The notes: generated from the sequence alone by a model not told the origin. Counted from the stretch's first letter, positions 1-11,662 are shown. The stretch is DNA of 64,000 nucleotides from an uncultured delta proteobacterium (GCA_963755715.1 CAVWLW010000063.1:38914-102913); one strand, 5' to 3'. A program made the numbers and translations.

Positions 1-819
1 ATTTCAAAGCCGAGGGCCTTGACGTCCGGCTGGTTCAGATCAGAGCGGCCGTCGCCGTTGTTGCCATGCTGGCGTCCGAGGTGGAGGTGTTGGGCTCAAT
101 TTCAACCGCGATCAGTGCCGCTCAGAGAGGCGCGCCGATAAAGGTCCTGGCCGTCACTCTGCACCGGCCAGCTCTTCTGGTTAGTTGCCCGGCCGGAGTT
201 CAAGAACATTGCAGATCTGAAAGGTAAAGTTGTGGGGGTCGTCAGCATCGGCGGCGCGCAGCATACTGCGCTTAGGTACATGCTGCGCAAGGGCGGGCTC
301 AATCCCGATGTTGACGCTACGACAATCCTAGCGGGGGATGTTCCCGCTCAGCTGCAGGCTTTGGCGAGCAACGCGATACAGGCGGCCGCGCTCTCACCTC
401 CGATCGTGATTGTCGCTCGAGATCGCTTTAAGATGAACGTGCTGGCAAGCGTGCTGCAGGAATATCCCACGATTCAAAATGGGGTCGCCACTACGGAGCG
501 GACGTTCAAAGAGGAACCGAAGCTCATACGGGCTCTGCTGAGGGCCCGCGCGAGGGCAAGTCGGCAGTTTCATGAAAATCCGCCAGTTCCGATAGACGTG
601 ATCTCGAAGGTGTTGCACGTGGACAAGGAGACGGCGCGGGAGACGTATCTTTTGTCCAAGCTTGGCTTTACCCAAAATGGCATTGTTTCGGAAGGAGATG
701 CCCGGGAGTATCTCAAAGCGGATGCGGAGCGGCTGAAATTGAAAGAGCCCGCACCGGTCTCGCGAATATTTGATTTTTCTTTGCAGGAGCAGGTTAATGC
801 AGAACTAGGAGTCCGCTAA
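1..819 (+). CDS. NMT1/THI5/SsuA-like ABC substrate-binding protein, 5' partial, frameshifted
   Basis: FKAEGLDVRLVQI at the window start, DLKGKVVGV, QALASNAIQAAALSPP and C-terminal IFDFSL fit this family; ORF 232..819 is the 3' part. Confidence 0.8.
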
Positions 820-867
820 TCTCATAGTATACTTCGCGCCAACAGGGCGTCACGGAAAGGAACGTGC

Positions 868-1365
868 ATGGAAAGAGAGAAAGCGCAGCATAGTCGTCCA
901 AGGGAATGAAGGAGGCCGGCATCAACTTCGCTGTTGGGTTTGCCGGACTCTCAGTTTCATGAAGTTTACGAGATGATCACCAAGACCCGGGCTTCCAATA
1001 CGTGGGCGTTGGCAACGAAGGCGAGGGTGCTGCGAGTGGCGATGGGGGCGTGGTGCGGTGGGAAAAAAACCGCGTTGATCATTGCAACGTCCGGACTCCT
1101 GGTCGCGACATTCTCTCTCGCGCGGCTGCATCTAAAGGAAATACCGCTGGTGCTGATTGTCCCCTACCGTGGAGACTTGGGAGATCCGCGCTGGATGGGG
1201 ATTTATAAGAAATACACCGAGCCGATGCTGAACGTGATGGATATCCCCTACCGGGTAGTCACTCGTTCGGCAGAAACAAGGAGCGCGATTAAAGATTGTC
1301 AGGTGTGCACGGAAGCATGGCTCAAGCCGGCTGCTGTTTTATTGACCGGGGAGGCTCTATGGTAA
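868..1365 (+). CDS. ThDP-dependent decarboxylase alpha subunit, sulfopyruvate decarboxylase ComD-like, frameshifted
   Basis: ATG at 868; paralog of 5423..5920 (PDSQF, ATSGLLVA, PYRGDLGDPRWMG); indels near 890 and 1000-1040. Confidence 0.75.
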
Positions 1366-2010
1366 AGCGCTGTCGATCTTATAAAGGCTTTTGCATCGAT
1401 GGTTGGCGAGGAGACTCTCGTCGTAACCCCTATCGGCAGCACCACAGCTTACTGGGAGGAATTGGGGAAAGGGCCCACGAGTCTCACCTCAGTCAGCTTG
1501 GGAATGTGTACAGCCACTGCTTTGGGGGTGGCTCTTGCTTTGCCGCATCGCAAGGTGGTGGCGCTGGATTCGGACGGCAATCTTATTCTGAACCTGTGCA
1601 GCCTCGGAACTGTCGGGAATCAAAAACCCCGCAATCTGCTTATCGTCGTTTTCGACAATGGAAATTATTTATCTGGCGGTCCCGGTGGCGGCCAAGCCGG
1701 GAATGCCCACAGCAACCGGCGGGCGCCATGAATCTGGAGGCTGGTCGCCAGGGGATGCGGTATTGAGAAATCCTGCACGATCCGCAATGAGGAAGAGTTT
1801 CGAACGGCCGTAGCAGAAATATCTTGACGGAAGATGGACCCTGCGTTTGTGGCCGCCAAGATAGAACCGGTGGAGATGCACGCGAGAGAAAGGGAGGTCG
1901 CGGGCCGGGAGATGCCGGCCAAGACACCCGCGAGAACAAATACTCGTTTCGTGCATCATGTGGAACGCTTGGAAAACATAACGATCTTAAAGAAGGGAGG
2001 CGGCGGCTGA
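1359..2010 (+). CDS. ThDP-dependent decarboxylase beta subunit, ComE-like, frameshifted
   Basis: ThDP motif ALDSDGNLILN...FDNGNY; RENKYSF tail matches paralog 5914..6543; start overlaps the upstream stop. Confidence 0.75.
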
Positions 2011-2072
2011 GCCGAGCTTTCTTTAAGTTTTGTATAGGGGAGCATGTTGAACCCCAAAAGAGGTTACTCGAT

Positions 2073-3058
2073 ATGATTTCATGGCCTAAAAGCTGCGCAG
2101 GACTTTCGCTCTTTCTCGGTATGTTTGCCGTCCACGTTCCATCGATTCACGCCGAGAAGGCAATCTTCGGGTACCCTAGCCCCTCAACGAGCTTTTTGCC
2201 GCTGGTCGTTGCGCAAAAAAAGGGCTTTTTTGATGGCGAAAATCTTCAGGCGGAATTAGTGCAAATTCGGCCTGCGGTCGCCATTCCAGGGTTAACCAAT
2301 GGCAGTGTCGATTATGCGACGGTGCTAGGCAGCTCCATCGCGGCGCGGATGCGTGGTGCTCCACTCGTCATCATAGGTGTTTTCGCCAACAAGCCGATGG
2401 ATTTTCTGGTCGGCGGTAAGGGAATAACGTCAGCGAAAGAATTAAAAGGAAAGGTTGTTGGTATTAGCGCATTAGGGAGTACGACGCACTTTTTAACGGT
2501 CAGAGTTCTGCGGGCGATTGGGCTCGATCCTGACAAGGATGTGACTCTGCGAGCCGTGGGCGATGAGGGACTGCGGCTGCAGGCGCTAGGCACGGGCTTG
2601 GTGCAGGCTGCGCTATTGGGCTCTCAAGGTGTGATTCAAGGCGACAAGGAGGGACTTAAGGTGATTGTCGCTGCCGCGGACGTAATCGATAGTCTCGCAT
2701 TTGCCGGTCTCGCACGACCTTCGCGAAAATAAAGGATAACGCCCAGCAAGTTAGTAGAGTCATGCGCGCTGGCCTTAAAGGAATCCGCTACGTGCTAGAT
2801 AACAAAGCTGGAACGGTAGACCTACTCCAGAGTTGGTATCGATTGGATCAAGGAACGGCTGCGGCCAGCTACGACCTCGCAGTAAAATCCTATAGTCAAA
2901 ATGGCGAGGTTAGCGAGAAGGGCATCTCTCTAAGCATGGAGTTCGTGAGAATGGGCAGCAAAATCGAAAAAGAGATTACGCCTGCGGAGATGGTCGATTT
3001 CAAGCTGCTACGAGAAGCCAGGAAAGAACTTGGCTGGCCGTCAGGCGCTTTGAAATAA
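2073..3058 (+). CDS. NMT1/THI5-like ABC substrate-binding protein (frameshift ~2720)
   Basis: Signal peptide, YPSPSTSFLPLVVAQKKGFF, ELKGKVVGIS; close paralog of 17477..18442. Confidence 0.85.
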
Positions 3059-3219
3059 CTGTACCGAGGCTGTTGCGTTATGGCCGTGCGCGCGACGGCG
3101 ATGTTGCCAATGGACGACTCACAGGCGATGAGTTCCTTAACGCAATTGCCTGGCCTACCGGCGCGCGGATTAAAAGTCTGCAGCTAAGGCCGGACAAAGT
3201 AGGGCGCGAAGGAGTGCCA

Positions 3220-4277
3220 ATGAAACCGACAATCGAGAGATTTAAACTGATAGTTTTGAGCGGTGTATTCGTTCTCGTCGCTGCCGCAACGGCGTTCTCC
3301 CAGGCGACGTTTTATCAAGGAAAAACCATCACGATCATTCGCGGCAGCGCTCCCGGCGGCGTCGGCGAAATGCGCACAAGGGCGGTGGCAAACTATCTAA
3401 AGAAGCACGTCCCGGGAAATCCGACAGTCATAATCGAGTTCATGGCGGGCGCTGGCGGCACCAAGGCCGCTAACCATCTTTATCGCGGCGCGCGCGCCGA
3501 CGGCCTTATCATTGGCAGCGCGCCGAGCGGGATGGTGTCATCTGCGATCCTGGGAGAGGCGGGCGTTCAATACGATCTCGACAAGTTCATCTATCTCGGC
3601 TCGCCGAACAGCGAATCGCATTACGTGTTTTTCACCAATCGAAAACTCGGTTTGGGCAGCATGGAAAAATTGCGCGCTCACTCGGGATTGCGGATCGGTG
3701 CCCAGACTGTTGGCCACCCGATCTACCATACCGGTCGCCTGTTCGCTTTGATCCTGGGTTTGAAGGATCCAAAGTTTGTCGTCGGTTACTCTTCTCCGGA
3801 GCTGGATGTGCGCTGATGAGCGGGGAACTCGATGCAGTGCCGGGCGTCGCCAGCAATGTCGTTAAGCAGAACCCTGAGTTTCTGGACAAGGGTTTAGTGG
3901 ATTTCCAGGCCATCGTGGAGATTCCTCGAGGGGACAAGCATCCCCGCTTTGCCCGGCTGCCGGAACTGGATAGCTTCGTCAAGTCGGACAAGGAGCGCAA
4001 GCTGCTCGAGTTGCACCGCACCTTCAGGCTCGCCGGCTCACCCTTCGTACTGCCCCCCGGCACGCCGAAAGACCGGGCGGACATCTTGCGCGAGGCAATG
4101 CGAAAAATTTACGCGGATCGGGAATTTCTTGCGGAGTATCAGAAGATGACCGGCGAAGAGGCGTCGCCGCTTTTGCCGGACGCCAACGACAAGGCGATCA
4201 AAGAATTGCCCCGAGATCCTGAGGTGGTTGAATTCTACAAGCTGTTAGGGGGCACTCAACCGCTTCCAATGCGTTGA
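3220..4277 (+). CDS. TctC/Bug-family tripartite tricarboxylate transporter substrate-binding protein (frameshift ~3812)
   Basis: Signal peptide, FYQGKTITII, PGNPTVIIEFMAGAGG, PPGTPKDRADILREA. Confidence 0.85.
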
Positions 4278-4323
4278 AAGTTTGGCGGGCGAATAGACAA
4301 ATTCGAATAAAATAGGAGGAGGA

Positions 4324-5399
4324 ATGATCGGCAGCCTGGGAAAAACAGTAGATTATTTTTTCTCGTCGTTTCGTGCCTGGTCGTTTCGCCGCGGCAGTCG
4401 GTCAGCGCGACGGTCGAAGAAACGCTCGCCGCGCTGAATGCCAAGCCGGCGGAAGAGCGGCAAAAAATATTGGTTGAAAACGCCAGGAAAGAAGGCAGCG
4501 TCACCTTCTACGCGGCCACCAATATGCGCGATACGCAGGAAATTGTCGCGGGCTTCAATAAATTCTATCCGTTCGTCAAAGTCGGCATCACCAGTCTGGG
4601 CGGCCCCGGTGTTTTGAACAAAGTGACGACCGAAGAGCGCGCGGGGGTTGCGCTTGCCGACGTGGTGACCATGACCGGCGGCTATGTGCCGGAGCTGATT
4701 GAAAAGAAAATGTTGGCCAAGTATCGCAGCCCGATGGTGCCGTTTGTGCGAAAGGGCTTCGTCGACGCCGAAGGATACTGGCCGGGCGTTTACGCGATCG
4801 GCTACACGATTATTTACAATAACAAGCGCGTGTTGCAGAAAGATGCGCCCAAGCGATATGAAGATCTGCTGCAACCACGCTGGAAAAATAATCTCCTCAT
4901 GGACGCTGAAGCGCACGACCTGCTCGCTGGGCTGATCGATCTTTGGGGCGAAGCCAAAGCGACTACTTTTCTAAGGCAAATCGCGCAAGACCAAAAGGTC
5001 ACACTCTCGCGGCAATCGCACACATTTATGACCCAGTTGGTGGCCACGGGAGAGCACGACGTGATCGTCGACGGCTACGTTCACAACGCCGTGGCGCTGA
5101 AAGAAAAGGGCGCGCCCATCGATTACGTCGTCATGAACCCGACTATTGTAAGGCCGCCGTCGATCATCGCTATCCTCGCGCGAGCGCCCCATCCTTATGC
5201 TTCCGCTTTATTCCTGGATTACCATTTATCCAAAGAGGCGAGCGAAATCATGGTGAAAAGCCAGGGCCGCTGGGCGCCGCGCAAAGATGTGCCGTGGACT
5301 GTGGAACCGCAGGGCGATCTGCACGTTGTTCCAGCGTTGCAGTGGGGGCCGAACATGAGAAAGCTGGTGGCGCTGTTTAACAAAAGCATCGGTCAGTAA
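4324..5399 (+). CDS. Fe3+/AfuA-like extracellular solute-binding protein (indel in signal peptide)
   Basis: ARKEGSVTFY, PKRYEDLLQPRWK, APHPYASALFLDY; paralog of 9547..10620. Confidence 0.85.
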
Positions 5400-5422
5400 A
5401 ACTAAGATTACGGAGGACCAGG

Positions 5423-5920
5423 ATGAAACCGGAAAAAGCAAAACTGGTCGTCGACGGACTCAAGGAGGCGGGAGTGGATTTTACCGCCGGAGTGCCGGAC
5501 GCCCAGTTTATTCAAGTTTATAAGATGCTCGAAGAGGATCCCGACATTCGTTACGTCGGAACGGCCAACGAAGCCGAAGCCGCGGGCGTTGGTTATGGCG
5601 CATGGTTCGGCGGGAAAAAGCCGGCCTTGATGTTGGCTACGTCAGGCTTGTTGGTGGCGACCTATCATTTGGCGCGCATCAATATTCTCCATGAAGTGCC
5701 GCTGCTGATCGTGATTCCTTACCGCGGCGATATCGGCGATCCGCGCTGGATGGGACTTTATAAAAAAACCACCGAGCCGGGACTCAACGCCATGGACATT
5801 CCCTACCGAGTCGTGAGCCGGTCCAGCGACATTGTGCGCACGATCAAGGAGTGCAACGAGAGTGCCCGGGCCTGGCTCAGGTGCATCGCGGTGATTCTGA
5901 ATGAGGAGGCATTATGGTAG
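5423..5920 (+). CDS. ThDP-dependent decarboxylase alpha subunit, ComD-like
   Basis: LKEAGVDFTAGVPD, NEAEAAGV (conserved Glu), GKKPALMLATSG; 165 aa. Confidence 0.85.
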   Translation: MKPEKAKLVVDGLKEAGVDFTAGVPDAQFIQVYKMLEEDPDIRYVGTANEAEAAGVGYGAWFGGKKPALMLATSGLLVATYHLARINILHEVPLLIVIPYRGDIGDPRWMGLYKKTTEPGLNAMDIPYRVVSRSSDIVRTIKECNESARAWLRCIAVILNEEALW

Positions 5921-6543
5921 CTCGCTTGGCATTGATAAAAGAATTGGCTTCGATCGTGCCGCAAGAGGTCCTGGTTGTGACGAGTATCGGCAACAACAGC
6001 TACTTTTGGGCGGAGCTCACCGACAGGGAAGCAACGTTGTTTCATTCCACGCTCGGCATGTGCACTCCCGCGGCGTTCGGGCTGGCGATGGCTTTGCCGC
6101 GGCGCAAAGTGCTCGCGCTGGATTCCGACGGAAATCTGATCTTGAATCTCGGAGTTCTCGGTACCATCGCCAACGAAAATCCGACCAACCTCACCGTCCT
6201 GGTAATGGATAATGGCAATTATCTTGGCAGCCATAAAAAAGAACCGGGGATGCGCACCGCAACCGGCGGAAAGATGAAACTGCAAGAAGTGGCCAAAGGC
6301 TGCGGCATCGCGAGCGCGCACTCGATTCAGGACGTCGCGACGTTTCGCGAGAAAATTCAGATGGCGCTCAAAAGCGACGGGCCGCATTTTATTTGCGCAC
6401 AAGTCGAAGCGCTCGATCCTGAGAGACCGCCCAAGACCAAGCACGTGCTCGACCCGCGCGAGAACAAGTATCAATTCGCAAAATACATCGAGAGAACCGA
6501 AGGGGTGCAGATTCTTGGCGGCGGTTTGGGTAATTTCGGTTGA
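5914..6543 (+). CDS. ThDP-dependent decarboxylase beta subunit, ComE-like
   Basis: LGMCTPAAFGLAMALP, ALDSDGNLILN...MDNGNY; overlaps the alpha subunit stop. Confidence 0.85.
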   Translation: MVARLALIKELASIVPQEVLVVTSIGNNSYFWAELTDREATLFHSTLGMCTPAAFGLAMALPRRKVLALDSDGNLILNLGVLGTIANENPTNLTVLVMDNGNYLGSHKKEPGMRTATGGKMKLQEVAKGCGIASAHSIQDVATFREKIQMALKSDGPHFICAQVEALDPERPPKTKHVLDPRENKYQFAKYIERTEGVQILGGGLGNFG

Positions 6544-6568
6544 TTGCACTCGTGCGGAGGCGCGCTAG

Positions 6569-7544
6569 ATGAAACGGTTGGCGAAAACTCTGATCGTTGC
6601 TCTCGCGGTATTCAGTTGTGTCGTCGTCTCTCGCAGCTTTGCCGCGGAATCGAAGAAAATCGTCTTCGCCTATTCTTCCATCGGCTCCATGGCGACCGGA
6701 GTCTGGATGGCGAAGGATAGCGGGGCGTTCGACAAATACGGCATTCCCGCCGATATCATTTTTATTTCTTCCGGTCCGGTCGTGGTGCAGGCGCTGATCG
6801 GCGGCGACCTGCAGGGCGGCAGCGGCGCGAGCAATGCGGTGATCAACGCGGTTCTGAACGGCGCGCCGATCGTTGCCATCGGCGGCACGGCCAATCGTCC
6901 GTATCATCGGCTGTTCGTGCAGTCGGAGATCAACCGTATAGAGGACCTCAAGGGCAAAATCCTTGGGGTCACGCGGTTCGGCTCGATTACGGATAATCTG
7001 ACGCGCATTCTGCTGCGCAAGTACGGACTCGAGAATAGCGTCAACGTGCGCCAGATGGGCGGCACGCTTGAAGTCGCCGCGGCTTTCCAAAATCGCCAGA
7101 TCGCCGGCGCCGTTACCGGCGATCTACGCGTTACGCCACCGAGCCAACCGAAGATTCTCCTGCAGCTCGATCGATCTGGGCATTCCTTACTCGATGAACA
7201 TGCTCGCGGTTTCGCGCGAGATGTTGAAGCGCGATCCGGACACGGCCGAGAAAATCGTGCGCGCCTACTCGGAGGGCGTCGCATTCATGAACCAGAACAA
7301 AGAGCGCGCTCTAAAAATCATCGCGAAATATGCGCATATGACGGACCCCAAGCAGACGGAGGTTCATTATCGCGATTCGGTCACGTATTTAGACCGCATC
7401 CCCCGCGCCGAGCCGGAAGCGGTGCAAACGATTCTCGAGTTCATGGGCAAAAAGGGTGTCGCGCCGGAGACGTTTCAGGATAATTCGATCATCGATAAAC
7501 TCAACCGCGAGGGATTTTTCGACAAGCTTTATAAGAAATCGTAA
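6569..7544 (+). CDS. NMT1/THI5-like ABC substrate-binding protein (frameshift ~7170)
   Basis: Signal peptide, WMAKDSGAFDKYG, DLKGKILGVTRFGS; joins ORFs 6569 and 7068; paralog of 8569..9537. Confidence 0.85.
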
Positions 7545-7589
7545 CGGGCCACTACCTACGGCTCGATTCTGCGAGCAGGAGCGCAAACA

Positions 7590-8324
7590 ATGACAAGAAT
7601 CGTCACGCGCGGATTAAAAGAAGAGAAGGACGGCATTCAAGGTTTCATCGCCTACCCGGAGCGCGCCGAGAAAGGCCCCGGTCTTTTGCTCATTCATCAA
7701 CATTCGGGCCTGACGGGGTATTTGAAAACCGCTGCTTATAACTTCGCCCAGCTCGGTTATACGACGGTGGTTCCCAATCTCTATCACATGCTCGGCTATC
7801 CGGCCGAGACGCATATCGACAAGGGCACGGAGATTCAAAACAAAACGCCGGATCCGGATTTCGTTCGCGTGATCGATCGCGGCTGGCGCTATTGCCTGTC
7901 GCGGAATGACGTCGATGGCTCGCGCGTCGGCGTGGTTGGTTATTGCATGGGTGGGCGGCTGGGAATTCACTTCGTTGCCGCCACGCCCGCGGCGCGCGCA
8001 TTTGTCGCGTACTATCCCTCGGTGCGCGACGAACAACCGACGAAGATCCGCCCGCGCCATCCGTGCGACGCGGCGCGGGAAATCAAATGCCCTTCCATGA
8101 TCCTTTACGGCGGCCACGATCAGCACAGCACGTTTCCGGTGCAGCAGCGGGTGATGGAAAGCTTTCACTCGAATGGCCAGTCATTGGAGTGGCACTATTT
8201 TCATTTCGGTTATCATGGTTTCGCTTCCACCGAATCGGACGGCTACCAACCCTATCTCGCCGATCTCGTCTGGCCGTTGGTGACGGAGTTTTTGGGGCGC
8301 GAGTTGATTGGGCCGGCACTTTGA
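7590..8324 (+). CDS. Dienelactone hydrolase family protein
   Basis: GVVGYCMGG nucleophile elbow, YGGHD Asp, YHGF His. Confidence 0.9.
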   Translation: MTRIVTRGLKEEKDGIQGFIAYPERAEKGPGLLLIHQHSGLTGYLKTAAYNFAQLGYTTVVPNLYHMLGYPAETHIDKGTEIQNKTPDPDFVRVIDRGWRYCLSRNDVDGSRVGVVGYCMGGRLGIHFVAATPAARAFVAYYPSVRDEQPTKIRPRHPCDAAREIKCPSMILYGGHDQHSTFPVQQRVMESFHSNGQSLEWHYFHFGYHGFASTESDGYQPYLADLVWPLVTEFLGRELIGPAL

Positions 8325-8462
8325 ACTTCGGAGTTTTTTTCTTTGGCGAAATCTGAAGCGCCGTTGCCAAATGCTTGAGCATACCGTGACTCACTCATAG
8401 GCACTCGATCGCGTTGAGATTCGGAAACACACCTGAAGTCACGCTTTTTTTGCAAAAAACGG

Positions 8463-8477
8463 TGGCATGCGAGTTGC
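8463..8477 (+). promoter_or_regulatory. Putative sigma54 -24/-12 promoter
   Basis: TGGCATGCGAGTTGC (GG-N10-GC), ~90 bp upstream of 8569. Confidence 0.7.
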
Positions 8478-8568
8478 TCGATAAACAATCACCGTTTGTC
8501 GCCGCACGCCGGAGCCACCTTCGCTGCTGCGTTCAAAAATCAATTCAGCCCATTGGGAGTGTCACGAA

Positions 8569-9537
8569 ATGAAACAGTTCGTACGATCTTTGATCGTCTT
8601 TCTGCCGTTGATCTGCTTTACATCGGTCGGAGCAGCCGCCGAATTAAGAAAAGTCGTCTTCGGCTATTCAACCATCGGCGCCATGGCGGCGGGCGCCTGG
8701 ATGGCCAAAGAGATCGGCGCTTATGAAAAATACGGCATTGATACCGAGCTGATTTATATTTCCTCCGGACCGACCGTAGTACAAGCGCTGCTCGGCGGCG
8801 ACGTGACCGGTGGAATTGCCGCGACCAATGCCGTGATTGCCGCGGTGTTGCGCGGCGCGCCGTTGGTTTCTGTCATCAGCACAGCCAACCGTCCCTATCA
8901 CCGCTTCTGGGTGCGGCCGGAAATAGCCCGTATTGAAGATCTCAAGGGGAAAACCGTTGGCGTCACGCGCTTTGGTTCGGTGACCGATAACCTGACTCGA
9001 ATGGTGCTCAAAAAATATGGTTTGGAAAGCACGGTCAATGTGCGCCAGATGGGCGGGTCGGCGGAGGTCGGCGCGGCCTTTCAAAACAAACAGATCGCCG
9101 GCGCGGTCACTTCGAGTCTGCGCGTCGATGCCACCGTGCAGCCCAGGCTGCTGATGAAACTGGAAGATCTGGGATTTCAATATTCAATGGATGTGATCGC
9201 CTATTCGCGCGACGATATGAAGCGCGCGCCGCAGGTGGTCGAAGGCATGGTGCGCGCCTACACCGAAGGCGTGGCGGCGATTCATTCTCAAAAGGAAAAG
9301 GCTTATAAGGCGATCGCGAAATACGCGCGCCTTCGCGATCAAAAGAAGATCGATGAGATTTACCAAGATTCCATTCTCTATCTGGAGAAAACTCCACGGG
9401 TAGAGCCGGAGGCCATCAATTCGATTCTGGACTTCATGGGGAAAAAAGGCGTGCCAGTGGAAACCTTTGCCGACAATACGCTTGTCGACAAAATGGTGCA
9501 CGAGGGGTTCATCGATAAGCTCTATAAGAGGCCGTAG
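8569..9537 (+). CDS. NMT1/THI5-like ABC substrate-binding protein
   Basis: Signal peptide, WMAKEIGAYEKYG, DLKGKTVGVTRFGS. Confidence 0.9.
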   Translation: MKQFVRSLIVFLPLICFTSVGAAAELRKVVFGYSTIGAMAAGAWMAKEIGAYEKYGIDTELIYISSGPTVVQALLGGDVTGGIAATNAVIAAVLRGAPLVSVISTANRPYHRFWVRPEIARIEDLKGKTVGVTRFGSVTDNLTRMVLKKYGLESTVNVRQMGGSAEVGAAFQNKQIAGAVTSSLRVDATVQPRLLMKLEDLGFQYSMDVIAYSRDDMKRAPQVVEGMVRAYTEGVAAIHSQKEKAYKAIAKYARLRDQKKIDEIYQDSILYLEKTPRVEPEAINSILDFMGKKGVPVETFADNTLVDKMVHEGFIDKLYKRP

Positions 9538-9546
9538 GGAGAGACG

Positions 9547-10620
9547 ATGATTCGGTTACATGGTCGGAAGGCTTGTTTCTGCATCCTTGCCGTTATTTTT
9601 TATCTTGTTGTTCCTCTGACTGCCGCCGCCGCAGTCGAAGATATACTTGCCGAGCTCAATGCAAAATCACCGGAAGAGCGGCAGAAAGTAATTGTCGAGA
9701 ACGCAAAAAAAGAAGGCGAGGTAACCCTCTACACGGCGGTCAACATGCGCGACGCCCAAGAGCTGATCGCCGGTTTCAACAAGAGTTATCCCGGGATACG
9801 AGTAGCAGTTTCAAGCCTGGGCGGACCGGGCGTGCTCAACAAAGTCCTGACGGAGAACCGCGCCAACGCCTATCTCGCTGATGTCGTGGCGCTCAACGGG
9901 ATCAGCTCGGTGGAACTGATCGATAAAAAGATTGCGGCTCGATACAAAAGCCCCATGGTCGGTTTTCTGCGCAAGGGTTTCGTCGATGCGGAGGGCTACT
10001 GGCCCGGCCTCTACGCCATCGGCTACACGATTATTTACAATAACAAACGCGTCTCGCAAAAAGAGGCGCCTAAACGGTACGAAGACTTGCTCCAACCGCG
10101 CTGGAAAAATAATTTGGTCATGGACGCAGAGGACCACGATCTGCTCGCCGGCCTTATCGATCTTTGGGGCGAAGCCAAAGCGACTGGGTTTTTAAAGCAA
10201 ATCGCGCAAGACCAAAAGGTCACTTTCTCGCGCCAGTCGCACACATTTATGACCCAGTTGGTGGCCACCGGCGAGCACGACGTGATCGTCGACGGCTACG
10301 TTCATAATGCCGTGGCGTTGAAGGGAAAAAGTGCGCCCATCGATTACGTCATGACCAACCCAACCATCATCCGTCCGCCGACGACCATCGCCATCATGGC
10401 GCGGGCGCCCCATCCCTACGCCGCCGCTTTGCTCTTGGATTATCATTTGTCCAAACCGGTGAGTGAAATCATGGTGAACAGTCAGGGCCGCTGGGCGCCG
10501 CGCAAAGATGTGCCGTGGGCCGTAGAGCCTCCAGGCGAGTTGCATTCGATCAATATGCTCGAATGGGGGCGAAAATACCGTCAGTTGGTGGCGCTGTTCA
10601 ATAAGATGACGAGCCAGTGA
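9547..10620 (+). CDS. Fe3+/AfuA-like extracellular solute-binding protein
   Basis: Signal peptide, AKKEGEVTLY, PKRYEDLLQPRWK, APHPYAAALLLDY. Confidence 0.9.
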   Translation: MIRLHGRKACFCILAVIFYLVVPLTAAAAVEDILAELNAKSPEERQKVIVENAKKEGEVTLYTAVNMRDAQELIAGFNKSYPGIRVAVSSLGGPGVLNKVLTENRANAYLADVVALNGISSVELIDKKIAARYKSPMVGFLRKGFVDAEGYWPGLYAIGYTIIYNNKRVSQKEAPKRYEDLLQPRWKNNLVMDAEDHDLLAGLIDLWGEAKATGFLKQIAQDQKVTFSRQSHTFMTQLVATGEHDVIVDGYVHNAVALKGKSAPIDYVMTNPTIIRPPTTIAIMARAPHPYAAALLLDYHLSKPVSEIMVNSQGRWAPRKDVPWAVEPPGELHSINMLEWGRKYRQLVALFNKMTSQ

Positions 10621-10775
10621 TGATGCGGATATTCAAAACCTGCGGCGAGCTATAACCCATTCTCGCGAGTTGACATCGTTGGGCTCGCGCTTTTTTCCGC
10701 CGGTTGGCAGGAGACGGCAAATTCGATATATCAACGGCAGGGCGAGCGAATATTTTTGTTTCAGGAGACGCGGCG

Positions 10776-11490
10776 ATGCAAATTGCGGAATGGAGAAAGA
10801 CGATCGGTGAGATGGTGCGCGAGCATATGCGCTCGCCGGAGCTGGAGCATTATTTTTCGGTCAAGATGAACAAACCGCGGGCGCAGCTGATGATCACGCA
10901 GCTGGGACTTTACATTCGCCACCGGCGGGATTGTTGGGCGCTGGTGTCGGCCAATTGCCCGGTAATGGCGATCAAGCAAGCGATTTTGCAACACGAGTAC
11001 GGCGAAGTGATCAAAGATCAGTTTTCCGATTACGGTCATTTGCACTTGATTATTCGCCAGGCAGCGAAAACTGGGCTTGACCCCGCAAGAAGTGATCGGC
11101 ACCAAACCGATCGTCAGCACGACGGCGACGCTTTATGCTTGGGCCTGGCTCACGCACGCCAAGAGCTGGATCGAAGGGTTGTCCGCTCTGACGGTTACGG
11201 AGTGGACCAACGACGACCGGCTACTGAACGATATCGGCGGCGGCCATTCGAGCCGCATGGGCAAACGCTGGACAGAAGACATGGGAATTGCCTGGCGCGA
11301 CATGCCGAATTTCGTCGCGCATTCCCAGGCAGACGAAGAACACAGCGATATGTTTCTGCCATTTTTGGAGGAGTACGCGACGGGTGAAAAAGAAAAGATG
11401 GCGTTGGATGCCGTAAAGGAGTCCCTCGATCTTTTCGCGCTTTACCGTGAAGGTGTGGCGCGCGCAATGGAGAAAATTCCGTTGAACTGA
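10776..11490 (+). CDS. Heme-oxygenase-like (CADD/PqqC/TenA fold) iron-redox protein, copy 1 (frameshift ~11070)
   Basis: HRRDCW..ANCP, HEYGE..GH, TEW, AHSQADEEH; AGGAG upstream. Confidence 0.8.
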
Positions 11491-11499
11491 ACCCACAGT

Positions 11500-11583
11500 T
11501 GTCATTCCGAGGAGCGCAGCGACGAGGAATCTCGTCCGATGTCAAGAATTCGGTCGAGATCCTTCACTTCGTTCAGGATGACA
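11500..11583. repeat. Palindromic intergenic repeat (GTCATTCCGAG...GAATCTC / GAGATCCTTC...CAGGATGAC)
   Basis: Terminal inverted TGTCATTCCGA / TCAGGATGACA with internal hairpins, directly after a stop codon. Confidence 0.75.
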
Positions 11584-11662
11584 GCGCGGAAGAAGTCACG
11601 GTAAAAAAATGAGTAGTTGATCGGTCGTATTTTGTGATGACGTAAAAAATTAGGAGGCTAAC

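Noticed and set aside
4935-10320. Near-identical segments as a DGR template/variable repeat pair
   Set aside because: Both copies are coding, differences are not adenine-specific, and there is no reverse transcriptase.
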